Shown: positions 29,274 to 38,428 of the stretch, one piece after another
Layout of the letters: the number at the start of each line of letters is the position of its first letter
Numbering within the stretch: the first letter of the stretch is position 1
Source: Halodesulfurarchaeum sp.
Lineage (GTDB): Archaea; Halobacteriota; Halobacteria; Halobacteriales; Halobacteriaceae
Reading direction: 5' to 3'
Assembly (NCBI GenBank): GCA_042216015.1
Contig: JBDGUI010000016.1
Coordinates: 1-38,428 of the forward strand
Length of the DNA: 38,428 nt
Program-made: the position numbers and the translations under genes
The notes under the pieces: model-generated
What the model was told of the DNA's origin: nothing
What the model saw: only the letters and a program-made list of their open reading frames with translations
The model's database searches: none

Positions 29274-29696
29274 ATGGTGACCCTCTCCGACGAGGCCGTC
29301 CGGTATATCGCCCTGTTCGAGGATGTGACGGGGGCGACGGCCGTCGACTGCGTGTTCGACGAGAACCACGATCAGGTGCTCTTCGTCGTCACCGCCGGCG
29401 AGATGGGCCAGGCGATTGGCCCGGACGGGCGGCGGGTCAACCGCCTCGAGGAGCGCCTCGGGGAGGACGTCGAACTGGTCGAGGACGCTCCGACTGCAGA
29501 GAGGTTCGTCGCGAACGCGCTCGCGCCCGCGGCTGTGTACAACGTGACTCTCTCGGAGAACGACGACCTCGTCGCCTATGCCGAGGTCGACAGGGCAGAC
29601 CACGGCGCGGCGATCGGGGCGAACGGCAGAAATATCGAGGCCGCAAAGCGGCTCGCGGCCCGCCACTTCGAAATCGACGACATCCAGTTGACGTGA
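29274..29696 (+). CDS. nusA: Archaeal NusA-like transcription factor
   Basis: Two KH motifs (AIGPDG, AIGANGRNI); canonical position after rpoA''. Confidence 0.93.
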   Translation: MVTLSDEAVRYIALFEDVTGATAVDCVFDENHDQVLFVVTAGEMGQAIGPDGRRVNRLEERLGEDVELVEDAPTAERFVANALAPAAVYNVTLSENDDLVAYAEVDRADHGAAIGANGRNIEAAKRLAARHFEIDDIQLT

Positions 29697-29857
29697 AAGC
29701 AACCGGCAGTTTGTCGGATTCTTCCCGCACATTGATGGTTCCCCTTCTGGGAGTCAGATCACTGCGTAAAACCAGGCGGATCCAGCCGCCGTTTTGGTCC
29801 AGCTTTTGCAAGGGCTGTGGAGCAGCTAGCAGCAAACGGTGGGAGTGAAAGACGGTG

Positions 29858-29863
29858 TTTAAG
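29858..29863 (+). promoter_or_regulatory. TATA box of rps12
   Basis: TTTAAG 25-30 nt upstream of ATG 29888, with GAAA BRE-like sequence upstream. Confidence 0.6.
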
Positions 29864-29887
29864 TACGTGGGTAGGTAATCCGAGCGT

Positions 29888-30316
29888 ATGTCGAACGGCA
29901 AGTACGCCGCCCGCAAACTCAAACGAGACCGCCAGAATCACCGGTGGTCCGACTCGGAGTACGCGCGGCGGGAGCGGGGCCTTCGCACCCAGTCCGATCC
30001 GCTGGAAGGTGCTCCCCAGGCCCGTGGCATCGTCCTCGAGAAAGTCGGCATCGAGGCCAAACAGCCCAACTCCGCGATCCGGAAGTGTGTCCGGGTCCAG
30101 CTGATCAAGAACGGCAAGCAGGTGACGGCATTCGCCCCAGGCGACGGCGCGATCTCCTTCATCGACGAGCACGACGAGGTCACCATCGCCGGCATCGGCG
30201 GCGCGAAGGGCCGCGCGATGGGCGACCTCTCCGGTGTCAACTACAAGGTCGAGAAGGTCAACGGCGTGTCGATGATCGAACTGGTGCGCGGGAACGCGGA
30301 GAAGCCGGTGCGATAA
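29888..30316 (+). CDS. rps12: 30S ribosomal protein S12 (uS12)
   Basis: [21 protein letters not shown]. Confidence 0.98.
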   Translation: MSNGKYAARKLKRDRQNHRWSDSEYARRERGLRTQSDPLEGAPQARGIVLEKVGIEAKQPNSAIRKCVRVQLIKNGKQVTAFAPGDGAISFIDEHDEVTIAGIGGAKGRAMGDLSGVNYKVEKVNGVSMIELVRGNAEKPVR

Positions 30317-30317
30317 C

Positions 30318-30950
30318 ATGGCGGAGGAAGAACCCGACGCCGACGTGGAGGAACCGGAGGACGATGCCGAGTCAGTCGAGGAGGAAGAGGAAGCCGTCGC
30401 CCAGCTGTTCGGTCGCTGGGACGTCACGGGTATCCAGTACACGGATCCGAGCACTCGCCGGTACATCAGCGTGACCCCGGTCGCGCACACGATGGGCCGC
30501 CACGCGGCTAAGCAATTCAAGAAGTCCGAAATTAGCGTGGTCGAGCGCCTCGCGAACCGACTGATGCAGACCGAGGAGAACACGGGCAAGAAACAACAGA
30601 CTCTCAACATCGTCCGGGAGGCCTTCGAGATCGTCCACGAGCAAACGGGCGAGAACCCCGTGCAGGTCCTCGTGCGAGCGATCGAAAACGCTGCACCCCG
30701 CGAGGAGACCGTCCGCCTGAAGTACGGCGGGATCTCGGTCCCGAAGGCCGTCGATACGGCCCCGCAGCGCCGGGTCGACCAGGCGTTGAAGTTCCTCGCG
30801 GAGGGAACCTACGGAGCCTCGTTCAAGTCGCCGACCGACGTCGAGGAGGCACTCGCCCAGCAGCTCATCGGGGCGGCCGAAGGCGACGTGCAGACCTACG
30901 CCGTCAACCAGAAGGAGGAAAAAGAGCGCGTGGCTGCGGCGGCTCGCTAG
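30318..30950 (+). CDS. rps7: 30S ribosomal protein S7 (uS7)
   Basis: [39 protein letters not shown]. Confidence 0.98.
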   Translation: MAEEEPDADVEEPEDDAESVEEEEEAVAQLFGRWDVTGIQYTDPSTRRYISVTPVAHTMGRHAAKQFKKSEISVVERLANRLMQTEENTGKKQQTLNIVREAFEIVHEQTGENPVQVLVRAIENAAPREETVRLKYGGISVPKAVDTAPQRRVDQALKFLAEGTYGASFKSPTDVEEALAQQLIGAAEGDVQTYAVNQKEEKERVAAAAR

Positions 30951-31188
30951 GGACTGCCGTTCGAATTCGTTTCCTTCGGTTTTGGTGGTCTGGAGCGGCG
31001 GGTATTTTCGACGACTCGGACGGATTGTAGGTTCGAACGGTTCGGGTTCTTTCGAACTGATACAGAATCTGACAGTTAGTACAATCGGTGCCGAATAGAG
31101 ACGATATCTACAGCACATGTGTTCAGTGGGACAAACGGTTCTTTTTGTCTCCAATATTCATTTCCGGTTGTAAAGAGAACAGTATCTT

Positions 31189-31581
31189 ATGAACCGACGG
31201 CAGATTCTTCTCGGTGGTATCTCTGGAGGTACCCTGCTTCTCGCGGGTTGTTCGTCTCTCGTCGAACAGAACCAATCCAAGGACCCCAAACCTCAATTGG
31301 AAGTGTTCGTGACCAATGGTCTCCAAGAGTCAGTACGAGTTACCATCACCGCGATGCGAGGTTCGACCGAATTCTTCAGTCACACGTACACGTTGGACCC
31401 AGGGAAAGGTGACGAATCGAAATCGTTTGTCGGCACCCCAACGGAAATCCGAGTCTCAATACGGAATGGCCGAACAGTCACGCGGGACTATTCCGTTCCA
31501 GCATCCTGTGAGTCACCAGCGGTCAATGTCAGAATTGAACCGAACACCATCAAAGTGAACAACGGCTGCATTACGGCATAG
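31189..31581 (+). CDS. Small Tat lipoprotein, unknown function
   Basis: MNRRQIL Tat motif, LAGC lipobox, two further C-terminal Cys; visibly lower GC. Confidence 0.75.
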   Translation: MNRRQILLGGISGGTLLLAGCSSLVEQNQSKDPKPQLEVFVTNGLQESVRVTITAMRGSTEFFSHTYTLDPGKGDESKSFVGTPTEIRVSIRNGRTVTRDYSVPASCESPAVNVRIEPNTIKVNNGCITA

Positions 31582-31803
31582 TACAGCTATAGTTGACCCA
31601 TTCGCGCCTCGCATTCAGCACGACACCATTGTTCGCAGTTGAGTAGCTTCAGATGGGCTTGCCGAATATAGCGGGTAGATCCATCGGAACGTCACCGATA
31701 GATGAGCGGGATATGGAACGCGGCAAACGAACGGCGCCGACGCTAAGAGCGGTGCTTCTCCCCACCTGGCATCCTCACCAACGACGATGGTCCTGTGATT
31801 GAA

Positions 31804-32490
31804 ATGCCAGCCGATTCAATTGGGGCCGTGACCCTGAAAACAGTCCTCCACCAGTCGCTGACGAATCCCTGGCTGCTCGGCGTGTGGGCGGTCCTGGTCG
31901 TCGCGTCACTGGCCGTCCTGATCCGCGACCTGCGCGAGCAGCCAATAGGTAGCTTGATGCGGTTCGTGTGGGGATTCACCGTGCTGTACTCGGGGCCGCT
32001 CGGGTTGGCGGTCTACTGGTACTCTGGCCGGAAGCAGATCTCGCGGGATACGATCTGGCGGCGGGGATTCCGGTCGGTCTGTCACTGCTACTCCGGTTGC
32101 GGCGCGGGGGAGGTGACCGGGGTCGTGGTGGCCCTGGGCATTCTCTCGCTGGGAACAGCCCGGGTTGCCGTGGTCACCTTCGCATTCGCCTACTTCTTCG
32201 GCTACGCCATGACGGTGGGCCCACTCATGCAGGAGGGTGTCGGCTTCCGTGAGGCGGTGATTGACGCATTCATTAGCGAGACGCCGTCGATCACCGTGAT
32301 GGAGATCGTCGCCATCGGAACGGATCTGTGGCTCACTGGTGATGCCCACATCGGCCAGATCCTGTTCTGGACGGCATTGATTTTCTCGCTGTCGCTCGGG
32401 CTGCTGGCAGCCTACCCGGTGAACGTCCTGCTCGTCTCATGGGGGGTGAAGTCGGGGATGATGGATCCCCGGGAGATGGCCGCGGACTGA
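31804..32490 (+). CDS. DUF4396-like membrane protein
   Basis: HCYSGCGAGE, SITVME, AYPVN..L...G.K.GM motifs; ~6 TM helices; start uncertain. Confidence 0.78.
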   Translation: MPADSIGAVTLKTVLHQSLTNPWLLGVWAVLVVASLAVLIRDLREQPIGSLMRFVWGFTVLYSGPLGLAVYWYSGRKQISRDTIWRRGFRSVCHCYSGCGAGEVTGVVVALGILSLGTARVAVVTFAFAYFFGYAMTVGPLMQEGVGFREAVIDAFISETPSITVMEIVAIGTDLWLTGDAHIGQILFWTALIFSLSLGLLAAYPVNVLLVSWGVKSGMMDPREMAAD

Positions 32491-32952
32491 AGGAGCACAT
32501 TCCGAACTTCAGTACCTCACGGAGCCCGTTAGTTGCGGGTTTAGCCTGTTGAAATGTGAAAACACCGTGGCGACACACCGGCGGGTCGGATGTCGCCTCT
32601 GGTGGTTCTTCGAGGAATTTATCCGTTTGATCACCTGTACAGAAGAGTATCGACGGCCTGTGCTCCGGCCCCGCGTAGAACGCCTCAAATTAGGACATCT
32701 TCATAGCTGTAGGCCAGTCGTTCGGATGCATGAGGTTGGTGCTGGGATTCGAGTTCTTTCCCTCCCATGAGCCAACCGGGTGGGGTTTTCACGGGAGGCG
32801 TCTGCCATGTCTCTGGAAGGATGCAGTTTGGCAACCCGATTCCAACGATCGATGAAGCTTTTGATGGTTCGTAGATGAGAAAGACTTCGTCGCGTTCGAG
32901 AAGTAAGCCAACAAAAGCCTCATGTGTCCGGATACGAACGTGTGTGAAACAC

Positions 32953-33834
32953 ATGAGACATCCCGGACTCAAGCTGCGGATGGCCGTCGTGGGCGGGATC
33001 CTCGCGGGATTCTATCTCGTCGCCGTCGCCGTCGCAATGGTCGTATTTGGCCAGGGCATCCTCCCCATCGCAATCGCCGGCAGTTTACTCCTCATCGGTG
33101 TCCAGTACAAGGTCGGGAAGTGGATGGCTCTCCACAGCGTCGGTGCCGAAGATCTGTCCGAACAGCAGTACCCACAGATCCATCAGATAGTGGAGAGCCA
33201 CTCCCGGGAGAGGGCTATCACGAAACCCGATTTGAAAATCGCCCGGATGGGAGTGCCGAACGCGTTCGCCGTCGGTCGGAAGGGCGCGGGCGTCATCGTC
33301 ATCTCGGAGGAACTCATCGAACTGTTAGACCACGACGAACTTGCGGGCGTTCTCGCTCACGAAATCGCGCATATAGCCAATCGAGACGTCGTGACGATGC
33401 AACTCGGGCAGGGGATCGCCTCCATCGTTGCCATCGTCGCCCAGTACGTCGTGCTGTTCACGGGCGACAGCGATCTCGCAGATTTCTTCCTCGCAATCGT
33501 CGTCGGTAACCTCGTGCAGTTCCTCGTGATGATCTTCGTCCTCGCTATCTCGCGATATCGCGAGTACGTCGCCGACGCCGACGCCAAGCGCACGATCGGC
33601 TCCGGCGACCCGCTCGCCGAGGCATTGGAGAAGATCCACCGGGGAAATCAGGAGGCTCACCAATCGGGCCGAACTGCCATGCGCGGTCGCTCTCGCGGTG
33701 GTCGGGGCCGGGGAGAGAACCTGGACCAGCAGGTGAGTGCGCTCTGTATTTCGAGCCCCGATCGTGGGTTCCTCCAGCGGATCGTCTCGACTCACCCACC
33801 GATGGAGAAACGCATCCAGCGGCTCCGATCGTAA
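32953..33834 (+). CDS. HtpX-like M48 zinc metalloprotease
   Basis: PNAFAVG, ELAGVLAHEIAH, SRYREYVAD, STHPPMEKRI. Confidence 0.92.
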   Translation: MRHPGLKLRMAVVGGILAGFYLVAVAVAMVVFGQGILPIAIAGSLLLIGVQYKVGKWMALHSVGAEDLSEQQYPQIHQIVESHSRERAITKPDLKIARMGVPNAFAVGRKGAGVIVISEELIELLDHDELAGVLAHEIAHIANRDVVTMQLGQGIASIVAIVAQYVVLFTGDSDLADFFLAIVVGNLVQFLVMIFVLAISRYREYVADADAKRTIGSGDPLAEALEKIHRGNQEAHQSGRTAMRGRSRGGRGRGENLDQQVSALCISSPDRGFLQRIVSTHPPMEKRIQRLRS

Positions 33835-34071
33835 ATGACCGGTATCCGGGAGCTACTCGCGATCACCCTCGGCGTCGCCCTCGGGCTCGTGCTCGTGGCT
33901 GCGCCGCGAGCGGCATTGCGATTGTCCGTGGTCGTCGGCCCGAGCCGGCGGAAGCGAGGCGAGTATGGAAGCAAAGCGGTGATCCCGGAGACGTGGGCGT
34001 GGATCGTTCGTGGACTCGGGGTTGCATCTCTCATTTTTGCCGCGTCCATTGCCTCCCGGACCTTCGCGTAG
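33835..34071 (+). CDS. Small two-TM membrane protein
   Basis: Abuts the protease stop; two hydrophobic helices around RGEYG. Confidence 0.6.
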   Translation: MTGIRELLAITLGVALGLVLVAAPRAALRLSVVVGPSRRKRGEYGSKAVIPETWAWIVRGLGVASLIFAASIASRTFA

Positions 34072-34244
34072 GGGATCCGGTTTACGCGTTCTGTCAAGCC
34101 CCGGACAAGTCCATATCCATCCCTTGGGTGGCAATCGGCTCAAGAGACAGCGGGTATGCTTCGCACCAGCGGACTGTTTCAGTCCCGGGAGCGCGAACCT
34201 GTGGAAACCCAACCCATTTCAGCGCGGAGAGCCACAAGACGATT

Positions 34245-34469
34245 GTGACTGACTCTTCAGACACTGACGACGAAGCGACTGCTAAAGAGGAGACACCCCG
34301 TGGCGCAGCGAAACCGGAAGAACTCGAGGGCCGCGGGAGAGCGGGGGCAAATGAAAGCGAGATTCCCCCGGGAATCCGCGACGACGAGGAGCTGGAGAAC
34401 GACAAGTACGGAGCGGCGCGCGAGATCGCGAATCCGGACCAGCACCGCGACGAGGAAGCATACGACTAG
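34245..34469 (+). CDS. Small acidic hypothetical protein
   Basis: GTG start; highly acidic 74 aa frame typical of haloarchaea. Confidence 0.55.
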   Translation: MTDSSDTDDEATAKEETPRGAAKPEELEGRGRAGANESEIPPGIRDDEELENDKYGAAREIANPDQHRDEEAYD

Positions 34470-34631
34470 CGCCACCCAGTGCTGCTGAAACGTGGTGGTA
34501 CAGTAACGATAGGTTAACGACCCGTCATTCGAGCGTCCCGAGGATTGACAGCCGGAGTGTCGATCGCGCATGGAGGAATGGATGGCGGTATCTTCGCTGT
34601 CCCCGGGCCGATCGAACAACTGATCTCCGCT

Positions 34632-35429
34632 TTACTGACTTCCGTCGCCGGTATCTGCACTCGCTTTGCTCTTCGTCTCCGTTTCGCCCCAGTCGAGGTC
34701 GCGAGACCGGTCGGTCTCCCGGAGGATGAACGGCCCGATGGAGAGCGTGCGCTTCGTCAGGGTGGCGATGCGAAGAATGTAGGATAACAGGAACGCGAAC
34801 GGCCGCAGGGAGACCGCCACGCCCGCGCTCACCACCAGGACGAGGGCACGCACGCCGAAGACGGTCCCCGGGAACAGTGCCGGTTCGAGATAGACGATAC
34901 CCGCGACCGCCGTGAGGAGTGCGGGGATGGACGCGAAAAGCATCGTCCGAGAGAGGTCGATGAGCACCCATTGGAAGTAAAGCGTCTTGAAGTGCTCTCG
35001 CGCCGGCCCGAACAGTTCGAGTGCGTTGATGAGATCGTCGAACGCGTGGTCGGCCTCCTCGGTGAGGATGTCCTCGTTTTCTGCGCGGATGCGGCGGGCC
35101 GCGTACAACTTCCAGGAGTAATTGAAATTCAGCGCGGAGAACACCACGTCGAACTCGCCGAACTGGGAGCCTTCGAGATTGCTCTGGACGGCGTCCGGGT
35201 TCCCCTTCACGTTCTCCGTGAACGCGGCCACCTGATCGTTGAGAGTCTCGTCGTCGATCTCCTGAATGGCGTCAGAGACAGCTTCGGCGTGTCGCTTCGT
35301 GAGTTTCACGAGCGAGCGGAGGAACGCGGATGGCTGGGCGGGACTCACGGGTTCCTCGATGACGTCCTCGACGTCCATCCGGAACGCCATTGCGCCCTCC
35401 ATGCGCTCGCGCTGATCCCCGACCGGACC
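34632..35429 (-). pseudogene. 5'-truncated haloarchaeal membrane protein
   Basis: Acidic coding with two C-terminal TM helices; frame extends upstream as GPVGDQRERMEGAM then runs into the opposite-strand fragment, leaving no promoter room. Confidence 0.6.
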
Positions 35430-35902
35430 ACTTCGGCAGCCCCAACGCGGATGGGGTCCCCGAGACGACCATTATCATTCTCGGAACGATCACCGCGGTG
35501 TTCACCGCCTGGGGGAGGCTTCGGGCGATCACGTCCTTTGCGTCCCTGGCGTTCATCGTCGTGTTTGGATCGGTGAGCGTGCTTGCCTACAAGCATAGAG
35601 ACCACGAAGCCATCAATCCAGTCCCGCCGGCGATCGGTGCAATTGGAACATTCGTGTTCGCCCCCGTGATGTTCTTCAATCTCTACCACCGCAATCCGGG
35701 TACCTTCTGGATGGTCCTGGCTATCGCCGCGATCGTCATCGGCCTGGAACTTCTCTACTTCGAACGTGACAGACTCCCAGAAGAAGTCATCGGCGTCGGC
35801 AAGACGCTCGAGGGAGATCTCGAAGCGGTCGAGCACGATCTCGACGAACTCACCGAAGACCTCCAGACACTCGAGGAATCGGACCGCCCGAAAGAGGAGT
35901 GA
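35423..35902 (+). pseudogene. C-terminal fragment of an APC-family amino acid permease
   Basis: Last ~4 TM helices (DGVP..., AITSFASLAFIVVFG) and acidic tail; no N-terminal part or credible start. Confidence 0.65.
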
Positions 35903-36111
35903 TGGAAGTGGAGAAGGCAGGGATGGGGGGGGGGCGAGGGCGAACCGAAGAGTCGGAAGGGAATAGACGTGGAGTGAAAGAATCAGGAACGAGGGGGGCC
36001 CAGAACGGAATCGGGCCCCTTCAAAGTCGATCTGTGGTGCGTGTACGCATGACGGCGCCTCAGCAGGAAACACTACCCTTTTGAACCGGCGCAGGGAACT
36101 ACGGGTTAACA

Positions 36112-38298
36112 ATGGGCCGACGCAAGAAAATCGTCGAACAGTGTGAGCGGCTCATGGACCATCCGGAGCAGATCCGGAACATCGCGATCGCCGCTCACAT
36201 CGACCACGGCAAGACCACCCTGACCGACAATCTTCTCGCCGGTGCGGGGATGATCTCCGAGGACCTCGCTGGCGAGCAGCTCGCAATGGACACGGAGGAG
36301 GACGAGCAGGAGCGAGGCATCACCATCGACGCGGCGAACGTCTCGATGACCCACGAGTACAGGGACACCGATTACCTCGTCAACCTCATCGACACGCCGG
36401 GCCACGTCGACTTCGGGGGCGACGTCACGCGGGCGATGCGGGCCGTCGACGGGGCGCTCGTCGTCGTCGACGCGGTCGAGGGGACCATGCCCCAGACCGA
36501 GACGGTCGTCAGGCAGGCCCTGCGGGAGAACGTCAAGCCGGCCCTGTTCATCAACAAGGTCGATCGACTGATCAACGAACTCCAGGAGGGCCCCGAGGAG
36601 ATGCAGGAGCGTCTCCAGAACGTCATCCGGGACGTCAACGAACTCATCCGGGGGATGGCCGAGGAGCGCTACGAGGAGGACAACTGGAAGGTCAGCGTCC
36701 AGGACGGTACCGTCGCCTTCGGGTCGGCCCTGTACAACTGGGCGATCAGCGCCCCCTCGATGGCGGCCACGGGCATCGACTTCGGGGACGTCATCGAGAT
36801 GGAGCGAAACGACCAGCGGGTGGAACTGCACGAGCAGTCCCCGCTCTCGGACGTCGTCCTCGACATGGTCGCCGAGCACTTTCCAAATCCGGTCAACGCG
36901 CAGCCGGATCGGATTCCCACGATCTGGCGTGGCGATCCGGACTCACAGCTCGCCAAGGACATGCAGCAGGTCAACAAGGACGGCGAGGTCGTCTTCATGG
37001 TCACGGACATCTCGATGGACCCACACGCTGGCGAGATCGCCACGGGTCGGGTCTTCTCGGGCACGCTGCAGGAGGGCCAGGAACTCTACGTCTCCGGGAC
37101 GGCGGGGAAGAACCGCCTCCAGTCGGTGGGTGTCTTCATGGGTGGCGAACGCGAGGAAGTCGCCGAAGTCCCGGCCGGGAACGTCGCCTCCGTCACCGGC
37201 CTGAAGGACGCAATTGCCGGTTCGACGGTCTCCTCCGTCGAGATGACACCGTTCGAGTCCATCGAACACATCTCCGAGCCGGTCATCACGAAGTCCATCG
37301 AGGCCCAGAACATGGACGACCTGCCGAAGCTCATCGAGACGCTCCAGCAGGTCGCCAAGGAGGACCCGACCATCCAGATCGAGATCAACGAGGACACCGG
37401 CGAGCACCTCATCTCCGGCCAGGGTGAACTCCACCTCGAGGTCATCACCCAGCGCATCGAGCGCAATCAGGGCATTCCGGTTCGAACCGGGGAACCGATC
37501 GTCGTCTACCGCGAGGCCCCGACCCAGGAGTCAGAGGAGGTCCAGGGCATCTCGCCGAACCGACACAACCGCTTCTACGTGACCGTCGAGCCGCTCGGCG
37601 AGGACGTCATCGAGACGATCAAACTCGGCGAGGCCTCGATGGACATGCCCGAACAGGAGCGCCGCGAGGCCCTTCAGGAGGCGGGCATGGAGAAGGAGAC
37701 CTCACAGGACGTCGAGGACATCATCGGGACGAACGTCTTCGTGGACGATACGAAGGGAATTCAGCACTTGAACGAGACGATGGAACTCATCATCGAGGGT
37801 CTGGAGGAGGCCCTCGAGGACGGCCCGCTCGCCGCGGAGCCGGTCGAGGGCGCGCTCGTTCGCCTACACGACGCCCGGCTCCACGAGGACGCCATCCACC
37901 GCGGGCCGGCCCAGGTCATCCCGGCGATGCGCGAGGCCGTCCATCGCGCCCTGATCGACGCGGAGATCCGACTGCTCGAACCGATTCAGGACGTTCGAAT
38001 CGACGTCCCCTCCGAACACATGGGCGCGGCCTCCGGCGAGATTCAGGGCCGACGGGGTCGCGTCGACGACATGTATCAGGAGGGCGACCTGATGGTCGTC
38101 GAGGGGATCGCACCCGTCGAGGAGATGATCGGCTTCTCCTCTGACATCCGGTCGGCCACGGAGGGTCGAGCCTCGTGGAATACGGAGAACGCCGGCTTCC
38201 GTGTGCTCGTCGACAACCTCCAGCCCGAGAAGATCACCGAGATCCGCGAGCGCAAGGGCATGAAGACCGAACTGCCCGAGAGCATCGACTACTTCTAG
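36112..38298 (+). CDS. fusA: Translation elongation factor aEF-2
   Basis: [30 protein letters not shown], diphthamide loop HEDAIHRG. Confidence 0.98.
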   Translation: MGRRKKIVEQCERLMDHPEQIRNIAIAAHIDHGKTTLTDNLLAGAGMISEDLAGEQLAMDTEEDEQERGITIDAANVSMTHEYRDTDYLVNLIDTPGHVDFGGDVTRAMRAVDGALVVVDAVEGTMPQTETVVRQALRENVKPALFINKVDRLINELQEGPEEMQERLQNVIRDVNELIRGMAEERYEEDNWKVSVQDGTVAFGSALYNWAISAPSMAATGIDFGDVIEMERNDQRVELHEQSPLSDVVLDMVAEHFPNPVNAQPDRIPTIWRGDPDSQLAKDMQQVNKDGEVVFMVTDISMDPHAGEIATGRVFSGTLQEGQELYVSGTAGKNRLQSVGVFMGGEREEVAEVPAGNVASVTGLKDAIAGSTVSSVEMTPFESIEHISEPVITKSIEAQNMDDLPKLIETLQQVAKEDPTIQIEINEDTGEHLISGQGELHLEVITQRIERNQGIPVRTGEPIVVYREAPTQESEEVQGISPNRHNRFYVTVEPLGEDVIETIKLGEASMDMPEQERREALQEAGMEKETSQDVEDIIGTNVFVDDTKGIQHLNETMELIIEGLEEALEDGPLAAEPVEGALVRLHDARLHEDAIHRGPAQVIPAMREAVHRALIDAEIRLLEPIQDVRIDVPSEHMGAASGEIQGRRGRVDDMYQEGDLMVVEGIAPVEEMIGFSSDIRSATEGRASWNTENAGFRVLVDNLQPEKITEIRERKGMKTELPESIDYF

Positions 38299-38373
38299 GT
38301 CACCGGATTCGGGGATTCGGACTGCGTCCGGCAGGCCTTTACCCGCCCCGGGGCAACGTTCGTCCGAACGAAT

Positions 38374-38428
38374 ATGCAGGGTCAACAGCAGCAGGCCTAC
38401 GACCGGGGGATCACCATCTTCTCCCCGG
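38374..38428 (+). CDS. psmA: 20S proteasome alpha subunit, N-terminus (partial)
   Basis: MQGQQQQAYDRGITIFSP carries the YDR gate motif of archaeal alpha subunits. Confidence 0.9.
   Translation, partial: MQGQQQQAYDRGITIFSP

Noticed and set aside
29272..29274. Missing rpl30e between rpoA'' and nusA
   Set aside because: Absence is normal for Halobacteria
32500..32950. Lower-GC spacer with ORF 32685..32972 (-) as a gene remnant or IS
   Set aside because: No recognisable motif, terminal inverted repeats or credible start
35920..35941. G10 run in a purine-rich spacer (G-quadruplex or phase variation)
   Set aside because: Lies downstream of a pseudogene and outside the EF-2 core promoter; no supporting context

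Overview
High-GC haloarchaeal (Halobacteria-like) chromosomal window with strongly acidic proteins. The right half is a conserved core: tRNA-Asp(GTC), the RNA polymerase operon rpoH-rpoB''-rpoB'-rpoA'-rpoA''-nusA, rps12-rps7, EF-2 and the start of a proteasome alpha subunit. A ~5 kb accessory insert between rps7 and EF-2 contains a deletion scar. The left ~21 kb, downstream of tRNA-Asp, is accessory and has four parts. (i) DoxX, two paralogous Tat lipoproteins built from a repeated single-Cys/His domain, and two paralogous ~480 aa beta-sandwich repeat proteins. (ii) An aromatic-acid module: UbiD, UbiX, a 4,5-dihydroxyphthalate-decarboxylase-like protein, flavodoxin, CoxG/SRPBCC, a NitT/TauT ABC transporter, a Cys-rich DmsR-like regulator and a sulfatase. 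(iii) A translationally coupled pair of U32 Fe-S proteins with UbiU- and UbiV-type Cys patterns. (iv) A tRNA-Asp-derived palindromic repeat bounding a small islet with decayed sensor kinases. The best candidate for an undescribed system is the co-location of prFMN decarboxylation and O2-independent U32 hydroxylation genes in an archaeon that is not expected to make ubiquinone. Family calls come from motif recognition only; no searches were run.
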